Source: Betaproteobacteria bacterium (GTDB taxonomy: Bacteria > Pseudomonadota > Gammaproteobacteria > Burkholderiales > SG8-39). Taken from it: DNA of 37,361 nt. The stretch is from NCBI GenBank assembly GCA_009693345.1, contig SHXL01000003.1, positions 1 to 37,361 on the forward strand. Direction: 5' to 3'. Under the pieces are notes generated by a model. It did no database searches, had not been told where the DNA came from, and saw nothing but the letters and a program-made list of their open reading frames with translations. Below, piece after piece: positions 21,578 to 30,150 of the stretch. A program made the position numbers and the translations under genes. Within the stretch, counting starts at the first letter, position 1, and every line of letters starts with the position of its first letter.

Positions 21578-22011
21578 GCACGAAGATCTTTCCCACCGCG
21601 CAGGACGCGCAGATTGCGTTCTACGAAGCGCTCGAGCGCTGCGACCTCGAAGCGATGATGGCGGTCTGGTCCGAGGACGAAGACATCGTCTGCGTGCATC
21701 CGGCCGGGCAGCGGCTTGCAGGCCAGGCCCAGGTGCGCGAAGTGTGGCGCCAGATGTTCGCCGGCGGGACCAATATGCGCGTGCGGATCACGCAGCAGGT
21801 GGTGATCGCGGGAGTGATGGTCGAGGCGCACAGCGTGCACGAGAACATCACCGTCGCCGGCGAGCAGCGGCCCCGCCCGCCGATGGTGGCGACCAACGTC
21901 TACCTGCGCACGGCGGCCGGCTGGCGCATGATCGTGCACCACGCGTCGCCTGCGCCGGGCCAGCCGGCGGCGGAACCGCCGTCGCCCGCAGCCCCCAAGA
22001 TCCTGCATTGA
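21574..22011 (+). CDS. SnoaL/NTF2-like protein
   Basis: AFYEALERCDLEAMMAVW, CVHPAG, ATNVY..GWRMIVHHAS. ATGA overlap. Confidence 0.88.
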   Translation: MSTKIFPTAQDAQIAFYEALERCDLEAMMAVWSEDEDIVCVHPAGQRLAGQAQVREVWRQMFAGGTNMRVRITQQVVIAGVMVEAHSVHENITVAGEQRPRPPMVATNVYLRTAAGWRMIVHHASPAPGQPAAEPPSPAAPKILH

Positions 22012-22943
22012 GTACCGACCGGGTTTCTACCTACACGGCGCCATGGTGGCTGCCAGGCGGCCATTTGCAGACGATCTTTGCCGCGCTGGCGCCGGCGCCG
22101 CGCGTCTCGTATCGGCGCGAGCGCTGGGATACGCCGGACGGCGATTTCATCGACCTCGATTGGGTCGGTGGGGACGAGAACCCCGATGCTCCGCTGATCG
22201 CGCTTTTCCACGGACTGGAAGGCAGTTCCGCCAGTCCCTACGCGCGCGCCATCGCCGCGCAGGCGCTTGCCATGGGCTGGCGCTGCGTGGTGCCGCACTT
22301 TCGCGGCTGCTCTGGAGAACTCAACCGCCTGCCGCGCGCCTACCACTCCGGGGACAGCGCGGAGATCGGCTGGATCCTGCGCCGGCTGGAGGCACGCCAT
22401 GCCGTGGGCATCTCCCTCGGAGGAAACGCACTGCTCAAACTGCTGGGAGAACAAGGCGCCGCCATCAACCTGCAAAAGGCGGTTGCCGTCTCCGCCCCGC
22501 TCGATCTCGCGGCCGCCGGCCGCGCGCTCGACGCCGGCCTCAGCAGGCAGATCTACACGCGGAATTTTCTCCGGACACTCAAGAAGAAGACGGTTGCAAA
22601 ATTGCAGCAGGGAAAGATTGCCGTCGATTCCCTGCGCCTGGAGCGGGCCCGCACGTTCTGGGAGTTCGACGACACGATCACCGCGCCGCTGCACGGATTT
22701 CTCGGCGCCGACGATTACTGGGCGCGTTCCTCGAGCGGTCCGTGGCTGGCGAAAATCCGCGTTCCCACGCTAGTAATAAACGCGCGCAACGATCCGTTCC
22801 TGCCCGAGGCGACGCTGGATGCGCTCGGCGCGATGCCGCCGAACGTGGTGCTAGAATTTCCGCAGAGCGGCGGACATGCCGGATTCCCCGGCCGCAGCCG
22901 CTGGCTCGCAAGACGCGCCCTGGATTTTCTCTCCGCCCCGTGA
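22008..22943 (+). CDS. YheT-family alpha/beta hydrolase
   Basis: WLPGGHLQT, TPDGDFIDLDW, FHGLEGS, RAYHSG, GISLGGN, NARNDPF, GGHAGF. TTGA overlap. Confidence 0.9.
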   Translation: MSTDRVSTYTAPWWLPGGHLQTIFAALAPAPRVSYRRERWDTPDGDFIDLDWVGGDENPDAPLIALFHGLEGSSASPYARAIAAQALAMGWRCVVPHFRGCSGELNRLPRAYHSGDSAEIGWILRRLEARHAVGISLGGNALLKLLGEQGAAINLQKAVAVSAPLDLAAAGRALDAGLSRQIYTRNFLRTLKKKTVAKLQQGKIAVDSLRLERARTFWEFDDTITAPLHGFLGADDYWARSSSGPWLAKIRVPTLVINARNDPFLPEATLDALGAMPPNVVLEFPQSGGHAGFPGRSRWLARRALDFLSAP

Positions 22944-24313
22944 ACGTTCCTGCCGAGATTTTTCGCGCCTACGACATTCGCGGCATCGCCGGCAAGGTGC
23001 TGTCGGCCGCCGTGGTGCGTGAAATCGGGCGCGCGCTGGGAACCCTCGGCCTCGAGCGCGGCGCGCCCACTTTCGCCGTGGGCTGCGACGGCCGGCTCTC
23101 CAGCCCGGAACTCTCCACGGCCCTGATGGACGGGCTCAACGCCGCGGGCGCCGGCGTGATCGACATCGGAATCGTACCCACGCCGGTCACCTATTTTGCC
23201 GCCCACCACCTCGGCTGCCGCAGCGCGGTGATGATCACGGGCAGCCACAATCCAGCGGAATACAACGGCCTGAAGATGGTCGTCGACGGTGACACGCTGT
23301 CCGGCGAAGAGATCCAGGGGCTGCGGCGGCGCATCGAATCGGGAATCTCGGGCTCCGGCAACGCAGCAAGAACGCGCGAAAGCGTCCTCGACGCGTACGT
23401 GGAACGCATCGTGGGCGACGTGAAGCTCGCGCGGCCATTCAAGGTCGCGCTCGATTGCGGCAACGGCGTCGCGGGCGTGGTCGCCCCGCGCCTTTTCCGG
23501 CACCTGGGCTGCGAGGTGACTGAGCTCTTTTCGGAGGTTGACGGGCTTTTCCCCAACCATCACCCGGATCCCTCCAAGCTTGAGAATCTTTCGGCGCTGG
23601 TACAGGAACTGAAAACAGGGCCGGCGGAACTGGGCCTCGCGTTCGACGGCGACGCCGACCGGCTCGGCGTAGTGACCAAGAGCGGCAAGATCATCTTTCC
23701 CGACCGCCAGCTGATGCTCTATGCCAGGGACGTGCTGAGCCGCAATCCGGGCGCCGAAATCATCTACGACGTGAAGTGCACCCGCCTGCTCGCGCCCTGG
23801 ATCGAGCGCCACGGCGGACGCCCCTTGATCTGGAAAACCGGGCACTCGCTGGTGAAGGCAAAACTGAAGGCCAGTGGCGCCCCGCTCGCCGGTGAGATGT
23901 CGGGCCACATCTTCTTCAAGGAACGCTGGTACGGCTTCGACGACGCGCTCTACTGCGGCGCGAGACTTCTTGAAATTCTTTCTAAAGAATCAAATGCAAA
24001 CGAAATACTGGAAGGCCTGCCGGATGCGCCATCCACGCCGGAGCTCAACTGGAAGCTCGCGGAGGGCGAACCGCACGCGATCATGGCGCAGCTGCAGGGC
24101 ATGAAGCTGTTTCCCGGCGCGCAGCGCGTGCTGACGATCGACGGCGTGCGGGCAGAATTCGACGATGGTTTCGGCCTGGCGCGCGCATCGAACACTTCGC
24201 CTGTGATCGTGCTGCGCTTCGAGGGAAATACCGAGGACGCGCTGAAGCGCATCCAGGAGGAATTTCGGAAAGTACTTCAGCCGCTCAAACCTGAAGCGGC
24301 CCTGCCCTATTAG
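22940..24313 (+). CDS. algC: Phosphomannomutase/phosphoglucomutase (AlgC-type)
   Basis: IFRAYDIRG, TGSHNP (phospho-Ser), FDGDADR, GEMSGH, RASNT. GTGA overlap. Confidence 0.94.
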   Translation: MNVPAEIFRAYDIRGIAGKVLSAAVVREIGRALGTLGLERGAPTFAVGCDGRLSSPELSTALMDGLNAAGAGVIDIGIVPTPVTYFAAHHLGCRSAVMITGSHNPAEYNGLKMVVDGDTLSGEEIQGLRRRIESGISGSGNAARTRESVLDAYVERIVGDVKLARPFKVALDCGNGVAGVVAPRLFRHLGCEVTELFSEVDGLFPNHHPDPSKLENLSALVQELKTGPAELGLAFDGDADRLGVVTKSGKIIFPDRQLMLYARDVLSRNPGAEIIYDVKCTRLLAPWIERHGGRPLIWKTGHSLVKAKLKASGAPLAGEMSGHIFFKERWYGFDDALYCGARLLEILSKESNANEILEGLPDAPSTPELNWKLAEGEPHAIMAQLQGMKLFPGAQRVLTIDGVRAEFDDGFGLARASNTSPVIVLRFEGNTEDALKRIQEEFRKVLQPLKPEAALPY

Positions 24314-24331
24314 GGTTTAAACCCGAACGAG

Positions 24332-25813
24332 TCAGGCCCGCTTCAATCCACCCAATAGAGCGGCAATTGGGCGCTCGCGACGCTTCGCAAGCGCGCCCGC
24401 CTGCTCCTCCACCGGCTTGGCCGCCAGCGGCGCGACGCCAGGCTCGTAGGGTTTGGAAAAGATCGGATCGCTGGAATTCTGCGCCGCTCGCGGCTGGATG
24501 TTGCCGAGCTGCGCGGCGCCCTGCGGCGCAGTGGCGTGCTGGGATTTCTGCTGCGGCGGCGGCCAGCGCTCCGGCCTGCGTTGCACTCCCTGCCGGGAAC
24601 GCCCGGCGTTGCCGCCAAAATGGCCGCCCCCGTGCTCTCCGCTTACCATCGTTGCGACGGTGCGGGCATTCGCAAATCCCGGCACCAGGACGCGCTCGAG
24701 CGTCTTGTTGATCAGCTTCTCGATCGCGGCGAGCGCCTCCATGTCCTCCGGCGCCACCAGCGAGATCGCCTCGCCGGTCAGGCCGGCACGGCCGGTGCGG
24801 CCGATTCGGTGCACGTAGTCCTCGGGCGAATGCGGAATGTCGAAATTGATCACCTGCGGCAGGCTTTCGATGTCGAGCCCGCGGGAGGCGACGTCGGTGG
24901 CCACCAGCACCGTGGTCTTGCCGCTCTTGAACGCTTCGAGTGCGGCTTCGCGCTCGCCCTGCGTCTTGTCGCCGTGGATGGCGTCGACCTGGATGTGATT
25001 AGCGCGCAGCTGGTGCGCGAGGCGATTGGCGCCGATGCGCGTGCCGGTGAACACCAGCACCTGCTTGAGTCCCCTCGATTTTATGATTTGGCAGAGCAGT
25101 TCGCGCTTCTTCTCGCGGGCGCAGGGATGGACCACGTGGGTAACGAGGTCGGCCGTGGCGTTGCGCGCGGCGATCTGCACTTCGGCGGGATTCTTTAGCA
25201 GCGACTTGACCAGCTTGCGGATCTCGTCCGGAAAGGTGGCCGAGAACAGCAGGTTCTGCCGCACCGGCGGCAGCAACGCTATGATGCGCCTGATATCGGG
25301 CATGAAGCCCATGTCCAGCATGCGATCTGCCTCATCCAGGATCAGCACCGAAACCTGGTTGAACATCACCGTCTTGTTGTGCACGTGGTCGAGCAGCCGG
25401 CCGGGCGTCGCGACGAGAATTTCCACGCCGAGCCGCAACTGCGCAATCTGCGCGTTCATGTCGGTGCCGCCGTAGACGATCGCGGTGCGCAGCGGCATGT
25501 GCTTGGCGTAACCGCGGAAACTTTCCTCGACCTGGATCGCGAGTTCGCGAGTCGGCGCGAGAACCAGCACGCGTATCGGATGGCGAGCGGGGGAGGCCGA
25601 GGTGCTCGCGTGCGGCGCGAGCAGCTGCAACGTCGGCAACGCGAATGCAGCGGTCTTGCCGGTGCCGGTCTGGGCACCCGCCATGAGATCGCGGCCCGCG
25701 AGGACGAGAGGGATGGCTTGTTCCTGGATCGGAGTTGGCTGCTCGTAGCCCAAGTCCTGCACCGCTTGCAACAGCGGCGGAATCAAGCCCAGTTTTTCGA
25801 AACCTGAGCTAAT
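24332..25813 (-). CDS. rhlE: DEAD-box RNA helicase, RhlE-like (probable ATT start at 25813)
   Basis: Q motif GFEKLGL..GYEQPTPIQ, then AQTGTGKT, PTRELA, DEAD, SAT and YVHRIGRTGRAG; SASPARHP insert seen in betaproteobacterial homologs. Confidence 0.9.
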   Translation of the reverse strand: MSSGFEKLGLIPPLLQAVQDLGYEQPTPIQEQAIPLVLAGRDLMAGAQTGTGKTAAFALPTLQLLAPHASTSASPARHPIRVLVLAPTRELAIQVEESFRGYAKHMPLRTAIVYGGTDMNAQIAQLRLGVEILVATPGRLLDHVHNKTVMFNQVSVLILDEADRMLDMGFMPDIRRIIALLPPVRQNLLFSATFPDEIRKLVKSLLKNPAEVQIAARNATADLVTHVVHPCAREKKRELLCQIIKSRGLKQVLVFTGTRIGANRLAHQLRANHIQVDAIHGDKTQGEREAALEAFKSGKTTVLVATDVASRGLDIESLPQVINFDIPHSPEDYVHRIGRTGRAGLTGEAISLVAPEDMEALAAIEKLINKTLERVLVPGFANARTVATMVSGEHGGGHFGGNAGRSRQGVQRRPERWPPPQQKSQHATAPQGAAQLGNIQPRAAQNSSDPIFSKPYEPGVAPLAAKPVEEQAGALAKRRERPIAALLGGLKRA

Positions 25814-25844
25814 AACGTAACGCCTTGAAAACTAAAGAAGTCGA

Positions 25845-25850
25845 ATTATA
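25845..25850 (-). promoter_or_regulatory. Consensus -10 box TATAAT for the helicase, overlapping the PaaI stop codon
   Basis: Exact TATAAT on the minus strand, 31 nt upstream of the inferred ATT. Confidence 0.6.
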
Positions 25851-26268
25851 CGCCTTTAGGGGCGATCACGAGCTGCGTTTGCGTGACTAGGGCCACCAGC
25901 TTGCCCGCCTCGCTACGGATGGTGGTCTGGCAGACCACCGTTGTGCGACCTTTGTGCACCGGAACCGACTCGCCTATGACGCGCGTTCCGATCGGCGCGC
26001 CGCGGATTAAATTGGTCTTCGACTCGATGGTCGTAGTGCGCGCCCCTTCCGGCATGTTGAGAATTGCCGCCACCGCGCCCAGCGTATCGGCGAATGCCAT
26101 GATCGCGCCGCCATGCAGGCTGTCGCCGACCGTGCAAAGGTCCTTGCGGACGGCAAGCTGCGCCACGACCTTGTCCGGCGTGACATCGGTAAACCCGATG
26201 CCCAGCAGGTCGGGGAGCAGGCCCTTGATCTGCTCTTGTACCGATTGCGCGAGATTCAAGCCCGTCAT
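25846..26268 (-). CDS. PaaI-family hotdog thioesterase
   Basis: LHGGAIMAFADTLGA, TTTIESKTN, HKGRTT. ATGA overlap. Confidence 0.9.
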   Translation of the reverse strand: MTGLNLAQSVQEQIKGLLPDLLGIGFTDVTPDKVVAQLAVRKDLCTVGDSLHGGAIMAFADTLGAVAAILNMPEGARTTTIESKTNLIRGAPIGTRVIGESVPVHKGRTTVVCQTTIRSEAGKLVALVTQTQLVIAPKGV

Positions 26269-26669
26269 TTCTGATAGTTGAAGGTGACGCTGAAGCTGGC
26301 GTCGCGCTGTATCGTGACTACGATGCCGGTCCAGCGTTTGGCTTTTTCGTCCTGGTTCTCGCGGAACGTATTGACCGCCTTCGGTGCATAGTCCGGACGG
26401 CAGGGCTTCAGATCCTGCGGCGGATTGCCTGCAGCTCCCACAATCACTTTGTGCTCGACAACTGGAGCTGGGCGCTTGCCCGCCACGGGCGGTCCCTGCT
26501 CCAGCTTGAATATGAACGTCTGCCAATTATCCGGCGCATTCTCGGCCATGCACTTGCCAATGAGGCTGACAACCTCCTCGTTGGTGAAACGTATTTGCGC
26601 ATGCGTGGCGCTGCTCACCGACAGCGCAAAGATCGCAATCAGCACCGCTTTCAACGAATACATGGTCAT
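26265..26669 (-). CDS. Hypothetical exported protein
   Basis: SD GAGGA; signal peptide-like N-terminus ending in THA-Q; two Cys in the mature part. Confidence 0.72.
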   Translation of the reverse strand: MTMYSLKAVLIAIFALSVSSATHAQIRFTNEEVVSLIGKCMAENAPDNWQTFIFKLEQGPPVAGKRPAPVVEHKVIVGAAGNPPQDLKPCRPDYAPKAVNTFRENQDEKAKRWTGIVVTIQRDASFSVTFNYQK

Positions 26670-26677
26670 GAGGTTCC

Positions 26678-27205
26678 TCAGTTGATTGTACGGCCCGCGC
26701 GCTCGGGGACTTCGTGCGGCTCGACCCCCGGCAGCTTGAGTTCCATGTCCCATTCGCTTTTCTTCACCGCCGCCTGCAGCAGGCGGCACACGGAATGCAG
26801 CAGCACCGGGTCCAGCGTGAGGGTCACGCCCTGGCCTTCGGCCGGATGCACCGCGACCACCGGATGGCCGTTCGGGTCGTGGCCGGTCTGGATGCGCGCC
26901 AGCAGCAGTGGCTCGGCGCCGAGCGGCGTGGCGCGCGTGCTGTCGTCGTAGGGTTGCAAAAAATTCGCCTTCGAGACCGCCTGCTCGTGCTCAATGCTGA
27001 GCAGGGCCTTGCGCGCCTCGGGATTGGGCTGGGTGCGGATGCGCGGGCTCGCCTCCTCGGCGAGCTTGACCAGCAGCGGCCAGAGCAGCTTGACGAAGCG
27101 CCGCGTCAGCCACATGCGCACTTCGACCTGCTCGCTGGCGGCAATCAGCATCAGCATCCGGTCCTGCTCGGCGGCGTAGTCGATCTTGAGCTGGTGCAAG
27201 CGCAT
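26678..27205 (-). CDS. Conserved hypothetical protein
   Basis: MRLHQLKIDYAAEQDRML..WLTRR; host-like codon usage; ATG at 27205. Confidence 0.78.
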   Translation of the reverse strand: MRLHQLKIDYAAEQDRMLMLIAASEQVEVRMWLTRRFVKLLWPLLVKLAEEASPRIRTQPNPEARKALLSIEHEQAVSKANFLQPYDDSTRATPLGAEPLLLARIQTGHDPNGHPVVAVHPAEGQGVTLTLDPVLLHSVCRLLQAAVKKSEWDMELKLPGVEPHEVPERAGRTIN

Positions 27206-27233
27206 GGCAGGACCTGAATTGTAGAATGCTTTG

Positions 27234-27701
27234 GTGCTGAAAATCGTCCCGGCCGCCACAGCGCAGGATTTCGCGGATGTGCACATCCTGTTCGGCGAAT
27301 ATTCGACGCTGGTCGCCGAGGCGCTGTGCTTTCAGGGCTTTGACAAGGAACTTGAGGCGCTTCCCGGCGACTACGCAGCGCCCGGGGGCGTCCTGTTGAT
27401 TGCCCGCAACGGTGACGCTGCGGCGGGCTGCGGCGCGCTCCGCCAGCTCGATGCAGGCACCGGCGAGATGAAGCGCATGTATGTGCGCGAGGCGTTTCGT
27501 GGCAGCGGGCTGGGCCGGCGCCTTGCGCTCGCGGTTATCGAAGAGGCGAGGAAAAGAAAATACGCCCGCGTGATGCTCGACACACTGCCGAAACTCGGGC
27601 CGGCGATCGCGCTTTACCGCGACCTCGGATTCCGTGAAACCGGCCCCTACCTGGCGTGCCCGACGCCGGGCGCGATCTGCTTCGAGCTCAGGCTTTCCTG
27701 A
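27234..27701 (+). CDS. GNAT family N-acetyltransferase
   Basis: EMKRMYVREAFRGSGLGRRL (acetyl-CoA motif A), LDTLP and ALYRDLGF. Start GTG 27234 or TTG 27231. Confidence 0.9.
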   Translation: MLKIVPAATAQDFADVHILFGEYSTLVAEALCFQGFDKELEALPGDYAAPGGVLLIARNGDAAAGCGALRQLDAGTGEMKRMYVREAFRGSGLGRRLALAVIEEARKRKYARVMLDTLPKLGPAIALYRDLGFRETGPYLACPTPGAICFELRLS

Positions 27702-28161
27702 TCTTTTCCAGCAACGCGGTGCTGGAACGCTGGTGCGCGAACGGAATCGAGACCACTCGCCCGCCACGCGCAAGCGTCGCTACCGCGCCGACGATTTTCT
27801 CCGCCGGCCAGTCCCCGCCCTTGACCAGGACCTCCGGACTCAGCGTTTCGATCAACGCCGCCGGCGTGTCATCGTCGAACCAGGTGACCGCATCCACCGC
27901 TGCCAACGCCGCGATCAGCGCCATGCGGTCCTCCAGCGCGTTGACCGGGCGGCCGTCACCCTTGCCGAGCCGGCGCGCCGAGGCGTCGCCGTTCAGCGCG
28001 ACGATGAGCGCGGCGCCGAGGGCGCGCGCCTGCGCGAGATAGGTCACATGACCGCGGTGCAGGAGGTCGAAGACACCGTTGGTGAACACCAGCGGACGCG
28101 CCAAGCCGGCGGCCCATTGCGCCGCGCTGCCGGGCGGCCGAATTTTTTCCTCGAACCCCAG
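27688..28161 (-). CDS. rfaE2: D-glycero-beta-D-manno-heptose 1-phosphate adenylyltransferase (RfaE2/HldC; probable CTG start at 28161)
   Basis: VFTNGVFDLLHRGHVTYL, GRPVN, LVKGGDW, RSST. The in-frame segment GFEEKI upstream of TTG 28104 resembles the usual N-terminus. Confidence 0.88.
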   Translation of the reverse strand: MGFEEKIRPPGSAAQWAAGLARPLVFTNGVFDLLHRGHVTYLAQARALGAALIVALNGDASARRLGKGDGRPVNALEDRMALIAALAAVDAVTWFDDDTPAALIETLSPEVLVKGGDWPAEKIVGAVATLARGGRVVSIPFAHQRSSTALLEKIRKA

Positions 28162-28162
28162 G

Positions 28163-28807
28163 CTAGGACCCGGCCTTCTTCGGTACCTCGGCCTTGGGCG
28201 GAGCGCAGACCTCGTCGGTCGGCTTGCAGTAGTCGAACACCTTCACCACCTTGCGCACTCCGCGGGTGGTGCGCGCCACTTCCACTGCCACATTGGCCTC
28301 CGCCTCGGTGACGATGCCAAGCAGGTAGACGATGGAGGCCTCCGTCACCACCTTGACGTGGATGGGATTCAGCTGGCCGGAGTCGAACAGGCGCGCCTTC
28401 ACCTTGCCCGTAATCGTCGCATCGCTGGCTCGGGAGGTGAGCGATGCGCCGCCGGCAACCTGCAGGTCGTTGGTGACGCCCCGCACGCTGGGCACTCCCT
28501 GGATCAGCTTCTCGATCTCGGCCTTCGCCTTCGCATCCGGCACTTCGCCGGTGACGAGCACGCTGCGGTTGTACGAGGTGATGTTGACATGCGCCTTGTC
28601 GCCGAAACGCTCGCTCACGCGGTTGGATGCGCGCAGTTCGATGCCCTCGTCATCCACTTGGACCCCGGTCGTGCGCCGGTCCACGGCGGACAGCGCCGCG
28701 GTGCCCACGCCCACCACCGCCATCTCGATGCAGCCCTGCAGGAAAGCGGCGGCAAGGCAAAGGGCAAGAACAAAGGGAACGCGGAATTGGAAGCGGATCT
28801 TCTTCAT
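28163..28807 (-). CDS. Dual-BON-domain lipoprotein (YraP/DolP-like)
   Basis: Lipobox LQGC, DRRTTGVQVDD, two BON repeats; located downstream of gmhA/diaA. Confidence 0.9.
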   Translation of the reverse strand: MKKIRFQFRVPFVLALCLAAAFLQGCIEMAVVGVGTAALSAVDRRTTGVQVDDEGIELRASNRVSERFGDKAHVNITSYNRSVLVTGEVPDAKAKAEIEKLIQGVPSVRGVTNDLQVAGGASLTSRASDATITGKVKARLFDSGQLNPIHVKVVTEASIVYLLGIVTEAEANVAVEVARTTRGVRKVVKVFDYCKPTDEVCAPPKAEVPKKAGS

Positions 28808-29418
28808 TTCTTGTCTCCAAAGAGCTGGGTGTCGATGCCATCGCACAGGCAATGCAATGCCAGCAGGTGCACTTCCTGGATGCGCATGGTGCGATTGTGC
28901 GGCACGCACACATGGACGTCGCCGCCGGAGAGCAGCGCGGTCATCTTGCCGCCGCCATTGCCGGTTAGAGCAACGATGTGCACGCCAAGTTCCCGCGCCG
29001 CGCGCATCGCCGCGACCACGTTGGCCGAGTTGCCGGACGTGGAAATCGCGAGCAGCACGTCGCCCTTGCGGCCCAGCGCGCGCAGCTGCTTCTCGAACAC
29101 CTGTTCAAAGCCGTAGTCGTTGCCGATCGAGGTCAGTGTCGAGGAATCGGTGGTCAGCGCCAGTCCCGCCAGCGGCGCGCGCTCGCGCTCGAAGCGATTC
29201 ACCAGTTCGGCGGCGAAGTGCTGCGCATCAGCCGCGGAACCGCCGTTGCCGCAGGCGAGGATCTTGCCGCCCGCCCTGAGCGCAGCCGCCATCAGCTCGA
29301 TGCCGCGCGCGATCGGCCCGCAGAGCACTTGCGCCGCATCGAGTTTCAGCTTCGCGCTATCGGAGAAATGCGATGCAACGCGAGCCTCCAGCGATCTGCT
29401 CTGCTCTGCGTGTCCCAT
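28804..29418 (-). CDS. gmhA: Phosphoheptose isomerase (GmhA/DiaA SIS family)
   Basis: CGNGGSAADAQHFAAEL, IGNDYG, ISTSGNS, RIQEVH. GmhA versus DiaA function cannot be resolved from sequence alone. Confidence 0.88.
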   Translation of the reverse strand: MGHAEQSRSLEARVASHFSDSAKLKLDAAQVLCGPIARGIELMAAALRAGGKILACGNGGSAADAQHFAAELVNRFERERAPLAGLALTTDSSTLTSIGNDYGFEQVFEKQLRALGRKGDVLLAISTSGNSANVVAAMRAARELGVHIVALTGNGGGKMTALLSGGDVHVCVPHNRTMRIQEVHLLALHCLCDGIDTQLFGDKK

Positions 29419-29427
29419 GGATCGATT

Positions 29428-29787
29428 TTACTCGATATACACCTCGAATTCGATCCGCCGCGCGGGGTTCGCGTGCTCGGCGAGCTTGCTGATCCGCGCG
29501 CGCATTGTGGTGCCGCGGTCCAGTCCCCACGCGAGCACGGCATTTTCGCGCCGCGGCACGTAGCCGAGTTTGCGGCCGCGCCATTCCACGCGCACCGCGT
29601 TCGGGTCGTGGGGATTGTCCTCTTCACGCACCAGCTCGAGCGCATCGCCCTGCTGCAGCATCGGCATCACTTCCGCCGCTTCGCCATAGCGAAAGCCCGC
29701 CAGCGGCGAACTCTGCACCAGGAGCTGCACGCTCTGGGCTTCCGCGGAAAACGCGAGGAAAAGCAGGAGGCTAGGCAGTAAACGCAT
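29428..29787 (-). CDS. HIRAN-domain protein with N-terminal signal peptide
   Basis: LAGFRY, LVREEDNPHDPNAVRV and KLGYVPR are HIRAN motifs; N-terminus MRLLPSLLLFLAFSAEA-Q. Confidence 0.85.
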   Translation of the reverse strand: MRLLPSLLLFLAFSAEAQSVQLLVQSSPLAGFRYGEAAEVMPMLQQGDALELVREEDNPHDPNAVRVEWRGRKLGYVPRRENAVLAWGLDRGTTMRARISKLAEHANPARRIEFEVYIE

Positions 29788-30112
29788 TCCGGATCCACCT
29801 TATCCGTTCCGCCTCGAGGGAATCCAGCAGCAGGACGTCGAACCGGCAGTTGGCCTCGGGCCGCCGCATCAGGTAGAGCCGCGCAGCGGCGATCAGGCGG
29901 GACTGCTTGGCCGCGGTGATGCTCCCGGCGGCGCCGCCGAAGCGCTCGTCGCTGCGGTAGCGCACCTCGGCGAAGACCAGCGTGCCGTCCTCCTCGGCCA
30001 CGAGGTCGATTTGGCCATGCCGGCAGCGCCAGTTGCGCGCCAGCACCCGCAGGCCCGCCTTGCGCAGCATGTCGGCGCACAGTTCTTCGGCTCGCGCGCC
30101 GGCCCGGTTCAT
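29771..30112 (-). CDS. yraN: YraN family (UPF0102) putative endonuclease
   Basis: GARAEE, RNWRCRHGQIDLV, LVFAEVRYR, CRFDV, WIRNAF. Confidence 0.92.
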   Translation of the reverse strand: MNRAGARAEELCADMLRKAGLRVLARNWRCRHGQIDLVAEEDGTLVFAEVRYRSDERFGGAAGSITAAKQSRLIAAARLYLMRRPEANCRFDVLLLDSLEAERIRWIRNAFTA

Positions 30113-30150
30113 GGCAGTCTTAACGATCCGCCGCCCGCCAAGGTTGACCT

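Noticed and set aside
24479-24531. GC-rich hairpin in the rhlE C-terminal tail as an inserted element
   Set aside because: Short GC-rich inverted repeats arise readily by chance; no second copy seen in the window.
29428-30112. yraN nuclease plus HIRAN as an anti-phage defence module
   Set aside because: yraN sits in its normal core-genome context, and the HIRAN protein appears exported; no defence-island hallmarks.
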